Virus record (IMG/VR): IMGVR_UViG_3300046710_000261
Location: 91,949-155,948 of that record
Origin: a virus
Lineage: Duplodnaviria; Caudoviricetes
Length of the DNA stretch: 64,000 nt
Reading direction: 5' to 3' (one strand)
Positions 39,017 to 47,586 of this stretch are shown here, piece after piece (within the stretch, counting starts at the first letter, position 1; each line of letters begins with the position of its first letter). The position numbers and the translations under genes were made by a program. The notes below the pieces were generated by a model that made no database searches, was not told the DNA's origin, and saw only the letters and a program-made list of their open reading frames with translations.

Positions 39017-39093
39017 GGCCGTGTACCCTAACTGGCAAAGGGAACTGCCTTAGAAGCAGTCTTTTGAGAGTTCGAATCTCTCCATGGCTACCA
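39017..39093 (+). tRNA. tRNA-Leu(TAG), short variable loop
   Basis: Loop CTTAGAA, CCA. Confidence 0.85.
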
Positions 39094-39100
39094 AATTTAT

Positions 39101-39176
39101 TGAGAGGTCGTTCAACTGGCAGGACATTCGGCTTTGACCCGAAAGGTTGGTGGTTCGATCCCACCCCTCTCAGCCA
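39101..39176 (+). tRNA. tRNA-Gln(TTG)
   Basis: Loop CTTTGAC, U1-A72, CCA. Confidence 0.9.
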
Positions 39177-39185
39177 GAAATTTCT

Positions 39186-39261
39186 GGGGCCATAGTGAAA
39201 TGGATTATCACAAAAGTCCTCTAAACTTTTTTTGAAGGTTCGAATCCTTCTGGCCCTACCA
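39186..39261 (+). tRNA. tRNA-Arg(TCT), C33
   Basis: Loop CCTCTAA, A20, CCA. Confidence 0.8.
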
Positions 39262-39268
39262 TATTTTT

Positions 39269-39343
39269 GCCCCTGTCGTTCAACGCATAGGATAATTCTC
39301 CCCTAAAGAATTGATGAGGGTTGGATTCCCTCCAGGGACACCA
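39269..39343 (+). tRNA. tRNA-Arg(CCT), C33, swapped elbow pair
   Basis: Loop CCCCTAA; D-loop GC, T-loop TTGGATT; CCA. Confidence 0.75.
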
Positions 39344-39414
39344 TTTTATATTTACAATTCGTTCAATTTGTGTTATAATACAAATAGAAAATCCTATATA
39401 AAGGAGAATACAAA

Positions 39415-39885
39415 ATGTCTTTGGAATTTGAGTTGTATTGTAATAAATGCGGAACATCATTGGATGCTGAAATGAAACCCGATAATGGGGGTGATATGTG
39501 TATTTGGGTTGACTTATGCACCGAATGCACTACAGAGAAGATGTATTATTGCGATAAATGCAATGCGGATTTGGAAGTAGATGAGAGCGAAAATGGCGGT
39601 ATCGCAATAAAACCGTGTCATGCTTGTCTGGAAGAAGCAAACAATGCAGGAAAAGAAGGGAAAGATATAGATGCAGATGGTGAGACTGTAGAAACAGAAG
39701 AAGAGGAAGAAGAGATACCAGAAACACAGGAAGGAGCGGATAATAATTGGATGACGCCAGCAGAAGGTGATAGTCCTGATAATCCTTCGGAAGAGAAAGA
39801 AGAAGACGATAAGAAAAAGAAAGAAGAAGAAACCGATCCTCTTTCACCACGATATGTTGTTGAAGATGATTTGATTATAAAATGA
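39415..39885 (+). CDS. Double zinc-ribbon protein with acidic tail
   Basis: Four CxxC motifs in two repeats; E/D-rich C-terminus; own promoter. Confidence 0.65.
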   Translation: MSLEFELYCNKCGTSLDAEMKPDNGGDMCIWVDLCTECTTEKMYYCDKCNADLEVDESENGGIAIKPCHACLEEANNAGKEGKDIDADGETVETEEEEEEIPETQEGADNNWMTPAEGDSPDNPSEEKEEDDKKKKEEETDPLSPRYVVEDDLIIK

Positions 39886-40054
39886 AAAGGATAAAATCCA
39901 GGGAAAATTGCATAACCATAATAGATAGGCAAAATAAAAGAGAAATGTTTGTAAATATTTATGGTAGACAGCCAGAAGAATATTTTTCAGAATATGCCTA
40001 TAAAGAACCTGAAATTTGGTTTTGGGTTATGGATGATCTTGGAATGAAAAGATT

Positions 40055-40131
40055 GCCCCTGTAGTGAAACGGAATTATCACACTTCGCTACGGACGAAGC
40101 ATTGCGGGTTCGAATCCTGCCAGGGGTGCCA
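40055..40131 (+). tRNA. tRNA-Arg(ACG)
   Basis: Loop CTACGGA, CCA. Confidence 0.9.
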
Positions 40132-40142
40132 GAAAGGTTTAT

Positions 40143-40652
40143 ATGTATTATTTCTCAGCAGATTATCATTTTGATCATATGAACGAAAGGGGTGGAATAA
40201 TCCACTACTGTAACCGGCCGTTCAAAGATATACACGAAATGAATCGTGAGATTGTCAGAAGGCATAATGAACGGGTAAAAAAGGAAGATACCATTTATAT
40301 TGTTGGTGATATTTCCCTCAGCAAAAGAGACCACGATATTGAAAGATATATCAGCAAAATGAATGGGACCAAAATATTGATTTTGGGCAATCACGATGCC
40401 CTCAAACCTTTCACCTATGTAAATATGGGATTTCGTACTGTGCATACAGCATTGGAAATAAATACATTCAAAGGCGATTTTGTTTTGGTTCATGATCCTG
40501 CTGCAAGTTGCCTGGATAGAACAAAAATATTTTTATGCGCCCATATTCATGATTTATTCAAGATGGTGCAAAACGCAGTCAATGTAGGGGTGGATGTTTG
40601 GAATTTTTATCCAGTATCATTGGATGAAATTTGCGAGTTGATAAAAAAATAG
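40143..40652 (+). CDS. Calcineurin-like metallophosphoesterase
   Basis: ADYHFDH, VGD, GNHD, H.P, AHIH, NVGVD. Confidence 0.9.
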   Translation: MYYFSADYHFDHMNERGGIIHYCNRPFKDIHEMNREIVRRHNERVKKEDTIYIVGDISLSKRDHDIERYISKMNGTKILILGNHDALKPFTYVNMGFRTVHTALEINTFKGDFVLVHDPAASCLDRTKIFLCAHIHDLFKMVQNAVNVGVDVWNFYPVSLDEICELIKK

Positions 40653-40657
40653 TTTAT

Positions 40658-40736
40658 GGTGAGAGTAGCCAAGCGGTCGAAGGCGCACGGTTGTGGCCCG
40701 TGCATATCGTGGGTTCGAATCCCATCTCTCACCCCA
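40658..40736 (+). tRNA. tRNA-His(GTG)
   Basis: G-1:C73, loop TTGTGGC. Confidence 0.9.
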
Positions 40737-40745
40737 AGGAATTGT

Positions 40746-40820
40746 GGAGGAATAGCTGATTAGGATTAGCGCGACCCTGAAGAGGTTGAGAGGGCGGTTC
40801 GAATCCGTCTTCCTCCACCA
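40746..40820 (+). tRNA. tRNA-Phe(GAA)
   Basis: Loop CTGAAGA, CCA. Confidence 0.85.
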
Positions 40821-40858
40821 TAAACCAAAAGGGGTTTTTGTTATAAGATGTTGACATT

Positions 40859-40915
40859 ATTATGAAAGATTTTTCTTGACATGTCTTCAGATTTTTGATA
40901 TAATAAAGACTGAAA
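40859..40915 (+). promoter_or_regulatory. Sigma70-type promoter (repeat of 35928)
   Basis: TTATGAAAGATTTTTCTTGACA...GATATAATAAAGACTGAAA. Confidence 0.8.
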
Positions 40916-40934
40916 TAAGGGAAACGAGAATCAA

Positions 40935-41417
40935 ATGATCAAGCAAGTATATTTCTTCGGTGAGGAAATGGCGAAGAAGGCGGTTGTAAGAAAAGACACC
41001 GCTATGATTTCTATCTCCGAAAACTCTGATGTTGATTTGCCTGATTGGGGAAATAGAATCTTGAGATTGCGGTTTCACGATATAGATCAGAGGCATATTG
41101 ATGCTCATCCTGATTTGGTAACTGAATATACTATATTCAATGTGGATCATGCAAAGCAGATAGTGCATTTTTTGCACAACCTGGATGATCGAGTAAATAC
41201 AATATATGTTCATTGCGCAGCAGGAATTTCAAGATCAGCAGGAGTTGCATTTTTCATAGGAGAAAAATATAATGTAAGAGTAAACAAAATGGAAATCAAA
41301 TTTTGGTTTGCTACTTATAGGTTATACAATAAACTGGTTTATTCTACATTGAAGAAAGTTGATAATGCGAATGTGGGCCAACTGGTAGAGTCAACAGGCT
41401 TAAACCCTGTAAAGTGA
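40935..41417 (+). CDS. Tyrosine/dual-specificity phosphatase family protein
   Basis: ISIS, L.FHDI, VHCAAGISRS (CX5R). Confidence 0.9.
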   Translation: MIKQVYFFGEEMAKKAVVRKDTAMISISENSDVDLPDWGNRILRLRFHDIDQRHIDAHPDLVTEYTIFNVDHAKQIVHFLHNLDDRVNTIYVHCAAGISRSAGVAFFIGEKYNVRVNKMEIKFWFATYRLYNKLVYSTLKKVDNANVGQLVESTGLNPVK

Positions 41418-41443
41418 GGGTTCGAATCCCTTCATTCGCACCA
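41367..41443 (+). tRNA. tRNA-Leu(TAA), short variable loop
   Basis: Loop CTTAAAC, CCA. Confidence 0.85.
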
Positions 41444-41659
41444 AAGGAAAATGTTATGAGATATGTAGGTATACTAAAACATCTTTTATTTTTTTGTGGG
41501 CACTGTAACAAGAATGTTGCAGTAAAAAAGAATGATCTTCACTGGCAAGGAATGAGCCAGGATTGTGATAGATGTGGTAATCATGGTGAGGTTAAGGTAA
41601 ATTTCGTATGCCCGAAATGTAACAACCGCACAGAAATTGAATTGAATAGTTGGTAATAT

Positions 41660-41737
41660 GCGCCTGTGATCGAATCAGGTATAGGTGCACGGCTCAAACC
41701 CGTGATTTTGGGGGTTCGAATCCCCCCAGGCGCACCA
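41660..41737 (+). tRNA. tRNA-Leu(CAA), short variable loop
   Basis: Loop CTCAAAC, CCA. Confidence 0.85.
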
Positions 41738-41745
41738 AAAATATT

Positions 41746-42126
41746 ATGAAAAAAGAATTGTTATTCTCTGTAACCAAAAAAGATTTTGAAATTCAAACTT
41801 TTCGATCTGGTGGCAAAGGTGGGCAGAACCAGAATAAGGTGGAAAGTGGAGTAAGAATAATTCACGAAAAATCTGGTGCAATAGGAGAAAGCAGAGAAGA
41901 GAGAAGTCAACTTCAAAATAGAAAGAATGCATTCAGACGATTGGTTGATACCGATAAATTCAAAAAGTGGCTGAAATTGGAAGCATCAAAATATTTATCA
42001 ACTCATAAAACAGAAAAAGAATTACTTGCAGAAGTTGAAAAATGGGTAAACGATAAATATATAAAAGTAGAAACAAAACAAGAAGGAAAATGGACACACG
42101 CCACTGTAATTCAACAGGAAGAATGA
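41746..42126 (+). CDS. Class I release-factor domain protein (ArfB/YaeJ-like)
   Basis: FRSGGKGGQNQNKVESGVRI.H...ERSQLQNRKNA. Confidence 0.88.
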   Translation: MKKELLFSVTKKDFEIQTFRSGGKGGQNQNKVESGVRIIHEKSGAIGESREERSQLQNRKNAFRRLVDTDKFKKWLKLEASKYLSTHKTEKELLAEVEKWVNDKYIKVETKQEGKWTHATVIQQEE

Positions 42127-42174
42127 TTGGTCCGTACCCAATTCATGAGAGTTCGAATCTCTTCGGTGGCTCCA
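42100..42174 (+). tRNA. tRNA-Thr(CGT), C33
   Basis: Loop TCCGTAC, CCA. Confidence 0.82.
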
Positions 42175-42503
42175 AGGAAAATATATGACAACATTGCATG
42201 GTAAGGATGCCGAAAATTTTTTGAAGAAACTTCATTCTGGAAAAAAACATCCATTGGTTCATTCCAAAGAATTTTCTAAATTTTCTAAAATGTTGAAGGA
42301 ATTTCTGGAAGAAGAAGCAAAAAAAGAAAAATGCAAACCAGAAACTTGTATGGGGCAATGTCAAGGAATGAATAGCAATCCTGAATGCCCTCATATGGAA
42401 GATGATGAACCGCAACCGAATGATCGGTTGATTCGCTCTTTACAGACAAAAGCACCGTGGGAGAAAAAAACAAAGAAGGAATTGGCAAGACAGAAAAAAT
42501 AAT

Positions 42504-42579
42504 GGCCCCATAGCACAATCGAGTAGCGCAATCGGCTTATAACCGATAGACCCAGGTTCGAATCCTGGTGGGGCTACCA
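42504..42579 (+). tRNA. tRNA-Ile(TAT)
   Basis: Loop CTTATAA; body similar to tRNA-Ile(GAT); CCA. Confidence 0.85.
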
Positions 42580-42909
42580 AAGGAATTTTATGAAAAAAGT
42601 AAGTAAACATTTTATTCAGTTACATCCCCAAAGAATATTGGGAATGTTCATATATGAAAACACAAAAGATTTTGATCTGATTGCTATGGCTTCAGATGAT
42701 GAAGGTGAAGGCTTTCCTGATTTTAATAAAACAGCAAAGGAAATTATTGATGGTTTAGATGATTGGTGGTGTGTATCATTACTTGAAGCACTTCATGAAG
42801 AGATAGAAAAAACGGTTGTAAGGCATTGGAATGAATATGAGGAAAGCAAAAGCAGATTAAAAGAAGAACCTTACAAATCGTGGTATAAAAAACACAAGAA
42901 AGAAATTGA

Positions 42910-42988
42910 TGCGGAGTAGACTGGAGTTGGCCCCCAGCATTGGCTCATAACCAATTCTACGTGAGTTCAAATCTCACCTCCGCTACCA
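42910..42988 (+). tRNA. tRNA-Met(CAT), initiator-like
   Basis: Loop CTCATAA, 1:72 mismatch, T-loop TTCAAAT. Confidence 0.8.
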
Positions 42989-42995
42989 GAATTAA

Positions 42996-43083
42996 GGAAG
43001 GGTGGCCGAGTGGCTTAAGGTGTTAGTCTTGAAAACTAATGGATGTAAAAGTTCCGTGGGTTCGAATCCCACTCCTTCCTCCA
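42996..43083 (+). tRNA. tRNA-Ser(TGA)
   Basis: Loop CTTGAAA, long variable arm. Confidence 0.9.
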
Positions 43084-43091
43084 AAATTTAT

Positions 43092-43168
43092 TGCGAGTTC
43101 GCCAAGATGGTAAGGCGCATGGCTCATAACCATGTTATACGACAGTTCGAACCTGTCACTCGCAACCA
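43092..43168 (+). tRNA. tRNA-Met(CAT)
   Basis: Loop CTCATAA, CCA. Confidence 0.85.
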
Positions 43169-43173
43169 AATAC

Positions 43174-43250
43174 GGGAGAGTAGTTTAATTGGAAAAATAT
43201 CGGTCTCCAAAACCGAAAGATTAGGGTTCGAATCCCTACTGCTCCTGCCA
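43174..43250 (+). tRNA. tRNA-Trp(CCA)
   Basis: Loop CTCCAAA; bulged acceptor stem. Confidence 0.82.
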
Positions 43251-43397
43251 AAAAGGTGAATATGAAAAAGAGAATTACATTCAGGGAAAAGATGGTTAAT
43301 TTGTGTAATCCAAAAGATAGAATGTTTGTTGGTGAATTGAAACCGTTTTACTGCTTGAAATTCAAGACTATATGTTCAAGTAAAAATTGTAAGTTGG

Positions 43398-43775
43398 GTG
43401 AATATGAACAGAAAATTAGGTAAGAAAAGTCACTCCGATGACCGCCGCTTTGAATGGGCGAAGCAAAGAAAAGAATGGGGATTTGATGAACGCGAAACTT
43501 GGTGTTTATTTTTGTATGTAGCCAAATTTACTCTACCAAGATTGAAAAAATATAGAGAAATTTCTCCTGGTGTTCCTGGATGTTTTTCTCCTTCTGTTAC
43601 AAATGAAGATTGGGATGCTGGAAGAAAGAAATGGCATAAAATTCTTGATGATATGATTTATGCTATGGAAATTTCTTCGGATGATGATAAATGGTATGGC
43701 CCTGATGTAAATCATAAGAGAGTTCAAAGGGGATGTAAATTATTCGGAGAATGGTTTCAGACTTTATGGTGGTAA
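43398..43775 (+). CDS. Hypothetical phage protein
   Basis: GFD.RETW...LPRL...G.P...W..ILD.MI.A...G..LF..WF..LW pattern. Confidence 0.6.
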   Translation: MNMNRKLGKKSHSDDRRFEWAKQRKEWGFDERETWCLFLYVAKFTLPRLKKYREISPGVPGCFSPSVTNEDWDAGRKKWHKILDDMIYAMEISSDDDKWYGPDVNHKRVQRGCKLFGEWFQTLWW

Positions 43776-44139
43776 ATGGAACTTGTTAATTATTTGAAAT
43801 ACATAAAGAAGAATGAAGACCTTCTTTTCCATACAAAATCAGATATGCTTGTTTGCAAAGGCTATGATCGTCTTGTTGTTGGTAAGCGCGGCCCATATGT
43901 AGAATTTAATGACGATCAAATAGTAAAGGCAAATATATATATACCATTGAATAAAAAATATAAGGTGATTTCCAAAACGGTATATTACATTGAATACAGG
44001 ACGATTGATGAATCTTATACAAAAATTTATCATCAGTTAAAAATAGTAAAGTATGCGGATTATCTTGTTGGCAAGTGGTATATATCACCGTATGATTTGA
44101 AGGTGCTTATTGAACTTCCTAATGAGATGTTTGATATAA

Positions 44140-44217
44140 GCGGGTGTAGTGTTTAACGGAACAGCACGAAAGGCTTCCACCCTTTTAGTGAGGGTTCGAG
44201 TCCCTCCACCCGCTCCA
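44140..44217 (+). tRNA. tRNA-Gly(TCC)
   Basis: Loop CTTCCAC, CCA. Confidence 0.9.
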
Positions 44218-44405
44218 AGGTATTATGGAAGCAATTGATAATCGACATTTATTTAAGAAGAGAGATAAATTAATTCTCTGCCATATATGTAGGAAAGGAA
44301 TTATAAGAAGGTATCCATCGGTTCTTTGCAGTTTGTGCAACCCAAATGAAAGTCTCGATTGTGAAGTATTAGAAAGCAATATTGATATATACAATAAGAG
44401 AAAAA

Positions 44406-44675
44406 ATGACAAAAGTAGTTCATTGTAAAAAAGAAGCATATGATGTATATATCGGAAGGCCCAGTAAATGGGGCAATCCATTTGCTATAGGCAAAGACGG
44501 CAACAGGGAGAAGGTATTACAGAAATATCAAGTATGGATAATGAAGAATGAAAAACTTCTTGCTGATTTACATGAATTGAAAGATAAAACTTTGGGGTGC
44601 TGGTGTAAACCCAAAGGATGCCATGGTGACATATTAGCATTATTGGCGGATTATATAGGAAAGGAAATTGTATGA
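44406..44675 (+). CDS. DUF4326 family protein
   Basis: VYIGRPSKWGNPF...LGCWCKPKGCHGDIL. Confidence 0.88.
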   Translation: MTKVVHCKKEAYDVYIGRPSKWGNPFAIGKDGNREKVLQKYQVWIMKNEKLLADLHELKDKTLGCWCKPKGCHGDILALLADYIGKEIV

Positions 44676-44961
44676 AGTATTTTGTGCTTCACGATGAAAA
44701 CGAGGAAATAACATATCGTCTTCCTCTTGTTAGTTGTTCGATGGATTTTCAGGATTTCCTAGATATAGTTTCTGAATCTGATATGACTTGGTTGGAAGAA
44801 ACATATGGTGTTCATGATGCTTCTTGGGATGAATCCAAAAATGAATTTCTTGGTTTCACAAGTTCTGAAGTTGAAGATTGGGATTTTGTGAAAAACTATT
44901 GGGAAAAATGGTTGCGAGAAACTGGGTTTGTCATAGGTAAGAAAGGATGGAAAAAGATTAA

Positions 44962-45038
44962 GGCGGCATAGCAAAGATGGTAATGCGTCTGTCTGCAAAA
45001 CAGAAAATGCGGGGGTTCGAGTCTCTCTGCCGCCTCCA
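44962..45038 (+). tRNA. tRNA-Cys(GCA)
   Basis: Loop CTGCAAA, U73. Confidence 0.88.
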
Positions 45039-45044
45039 AAATTC

Positions 45045-45132
45045 GGAAGGGTGATCGAGTGGTTTATGATGAAAGTTTGCTAAACTTTTGGGTGTAAAAG
45101 CCCCGCAGGTTCGAATCCTGTCCCTTCCTCCA
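45045..45132 (+). tRNA. tRNA-Ser(GCT)
   Basis: Loop TTGCTAA, long variable arm. Confidence 0.88.
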
Positions 45133-45356
45133 AAAGATTATGATGGATAAAATAAAAATAGATATATTATCGACCAGAGAAAACAATACATACATTGCTA
45201 GATTTTCTGATTATCCAGATCATGTAGTTGCCTTTACGTATGATGCCAAAAAATTACTCGATAATCATCAATACATTATAGAGCATAATGGTTCTCATAA
45301 ATCAATATACTCTGATGCGTGTTGGATAGATGAAGTGAAAGTTATTGACCAAATTC

Positions 45357-45446
45357 GGAGAGATGGCCGAGTGGTTTAAGGTGCCTGTCTGGAAAGCAGG
45401 TGGAGTCACCATGCTCCCATGGGTTCAAATCCCATTCTCTCCGCCA
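45357..45446 (+). tRNA. tRNA-Ser(GGA)
   Basis: Loop CTGGAAA, long variable arm. Confidence 0.9.
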
Positions 45447-45513
45447 TAACTTATTGATATATATGTAAAACTTTTTTCTTGACATATATTGAAAACTCTG
45501 ATATAATTATAAT

Positions 45514-45978
45514 ATGAACTATAAAATCTCAAAAGACCATGATTATGTTTCCCAAAGATTTATTACAATCATAAAGGAAATTCGTTCTATTCTTTTTGTT
45601 GGTTTGAAAGAAGCAAAAGAAATGGCAGAAAGCATAAGAGACAATGGTTATTTTGTTTCTGAATTGACCGATATTCAAAAAAATGATTTAATTTATGTTG
45701 GGTTCAAAATTATAGATGAAGAGGATAATTCATTTTATTTGCCTTCAGCCAAAAGCAGAATTTCAAAAAAAATTGAATTGAGAATTGCTGCCGTAAAGGA
45801 TTTACGAGAAGTTTTTAATAATGGTCTTTATGAAGCAAAAATAATGATGGAAAATATTGATGAGTATGGTTATATTGACCATGAAGTGACCGATGAACAA
45901 TATGATAAACTGATAGCGCGAGGGTTTACAGTAATTCGTCCTGCTTTTTTTCCAAAGGATTTGTTCAAAATAGAATAA
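45514..45978 (+). CDS. Tandem ribosomal L7/L12 C-terminal-domain-like protein
   Basis: IIKEIRSILFVGLKEAKEMAE and IAAVKDLREVFNNGLYEAKIMME. Confidence 0.65.
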   Translation: MNYKISKDHDYVSQRFITIIKEIRSILFVGLKEAKEMAESIRDNGYFVSELTDIQKNDLIYVGFKIIDEEDNSFYLPSAKSRISKKIELRIAAVKDLREVFNNGLYEAKIMMENIDEYGYIDHEVTDEQYDKLIARGFTVIRPAFFPKDLFKIE

Positions 45979-45979
45979 T

Positions 45980-46055
45980 GCGGGATTAGCTCAATTGGGA
46001 GAGCGTTGTCCTGACACGGCAAAGGTAGTTGGATCGAAACCAACATTCCGCACCA
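45980..46055 (+). tRNA. tRNA-Val(GAC)
   Basis: Loop CTGACAC; T-loop ATCGAAA. Confidence 0.85.
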
Positions 46056-46257
46056 AAAGAAAGGAAAGTAAAATGAATTATTTTTGTTCAAAATGTAGCG
46101 GGGATTTGGGAAAACCAAAAACAGCAACGGGTGTGGATAATGGTGTTTATTTTCTTGACCCCTGCCAGTATTGTCTGAAAGAAGCAGAGGCCAAGGGTTT
46201 ACGAAAAGGCCGAAAGTTAGGAAAGACAGAACGAAATATTTCTTGGAGTAAAAAGAG

Positions 46258-46779
46258 TTGGTAAACAAAAATTTAATACATTTTGGTAATACATTCGCTC
46301 AAGATAAATTTAGAAAATTAAGAGAAGAGTGCCAAAATAAGGGAAAACAAAAAGCAAAGGAATTGAATTGGTTACATATTTCTGGATGTATGTTGTTTTG
46401 GGGTGAGGGTTCTAAAAAGAAAAATTCCGTCATACTTACAAATTCAGATGTTAATATGTTGAAATTTTTTCTGAAGTTTTTGATGGAATGTTATAATGTT
46501 CGGATAGAAGAAATAAAATTAGAAATAAATGCTTATGATAATAACGGAATGTCAATATCTGATATTGAAGCATATTGGTGTAATGCTTTGTGTTTGCCGA
46601 AAAGTTGTTTAAGAAAATCAATTATAAATAAGTATTCTAAATTTTCTTCGAAAAAGAAAAAAGGAAAATTGCTTTATGGCACTTGTAAAATAATGGTTCA
46701 TCGAACAGACATAGTTCAAAATATTTATGGTGCCGTTCAAGAATATGGTGATTTTAGAAACGAAAAATGGTTGTATTAA
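46258..46779 (+). CDS. LAGLIDADG-like protein
   Basis: GCMLFWGEGSK...V.LTNSD..ML.FF..FL. Confidence 0.55.
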   Translation: MVNKNLIHFGNTFAQDKFRKLREECQNKGKQKAKELNWLHISGCMLFWGEGSKKKNSVILTNSDVNMLKFFLKFLMECYNVRIEEIKLEINAYDNNGMSISDIEAYWCNALCLPKSCLRKSIINKYSKFSSKKKKGKLLYGTCKIMVHRTDIVQNIYGAVQEYGDFRNEKWLY

Positions 46780-46785
46780 AATAAT

Positions 46786-46862
46786 GCGGGATTAGTTCAC
46801 TTGGGAAGAACATTCGGCCTACACCCGAAAGGTAGGTGGTTCAAATCCACCATCCCGTACCA
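46786..46862 (+). tRNA. tRNA-Val(TAC), C33
   Basis: Loop CCTACAC, CCA. Confidence 0.85.
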
Positions 46863-47358
46863 AAAATTTTATGATAGCGAATATTCCACAATTGACTAAT
46901 CCCAATCCCATAATTGTAAAAACAATGGGGATTATATATCTTATTATCGGTATATGTTTTTTTATTTTTACATTGAAGAAATTATTTCAATATATCAAAT
47001 ATCGCAAAGAGAGTGAATATATAAATTCAATGTATGAAGCAAGAAAAGCAATAACAGAATTGAAAAATATAAATGCTTATCTGAATAGGAAGTAGAATGA
47101 AATTCGAACATGGTGATACAGTAATTATAGAAGATATAGAGTTCTCCGATGGTTTTTATGATAAACGAAAAGAATATATTGGGAGAGAGTTTCATTTAAC
47201 ATCTTCTACACGATACCAAAAGATATTTTCTTCCAATAAAGATTATGTAACATGTAGTGGAAATCTGGTTTCGAATAATGAATATTGTTTTTTTCTTTCT
47301 GTGAAATTAGGCTCGATCATAAAGTTTAAATTACCAAAAGATTTGTTTGAAATATAAT

Positions 47359-47435
47359 GAGGTCGTAACAAATATTGGCTTGTAACAGGCTCTTACCCTG
47401 CGCACATGGGGGTTCGATTCCCCCCGACCTCACCA
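47359..47435 (+). tRNA. tRNA-Lys(CTT)
   Basis: Loop CTCTTAC, CCA; weak D arm. Confidence 0.78.
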
Positions 47436-47586
47436 AGGAAAACATGATAGGAGATAGAAACCATAAAGCACCGGGATGGACATTCAATGGGGATGGTCGT
47501 TTCAAGAGAATAAAATTTTTCTGGAAAAAATTTCTTCGTCAAAGAAGAAGATGTGTTGGTAAACGAGATTTAAGAAAGGCATAAAA

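Noticed and set aside
38108-39261. Opal (TCA) or amber (CTA) suppressor tRNAs and a recoded genome
   Set aside because: Stem geometry centres TTC and TCT in 7-nt loops; conserved genes are full length in code 11 and end normally at TAG/TGA
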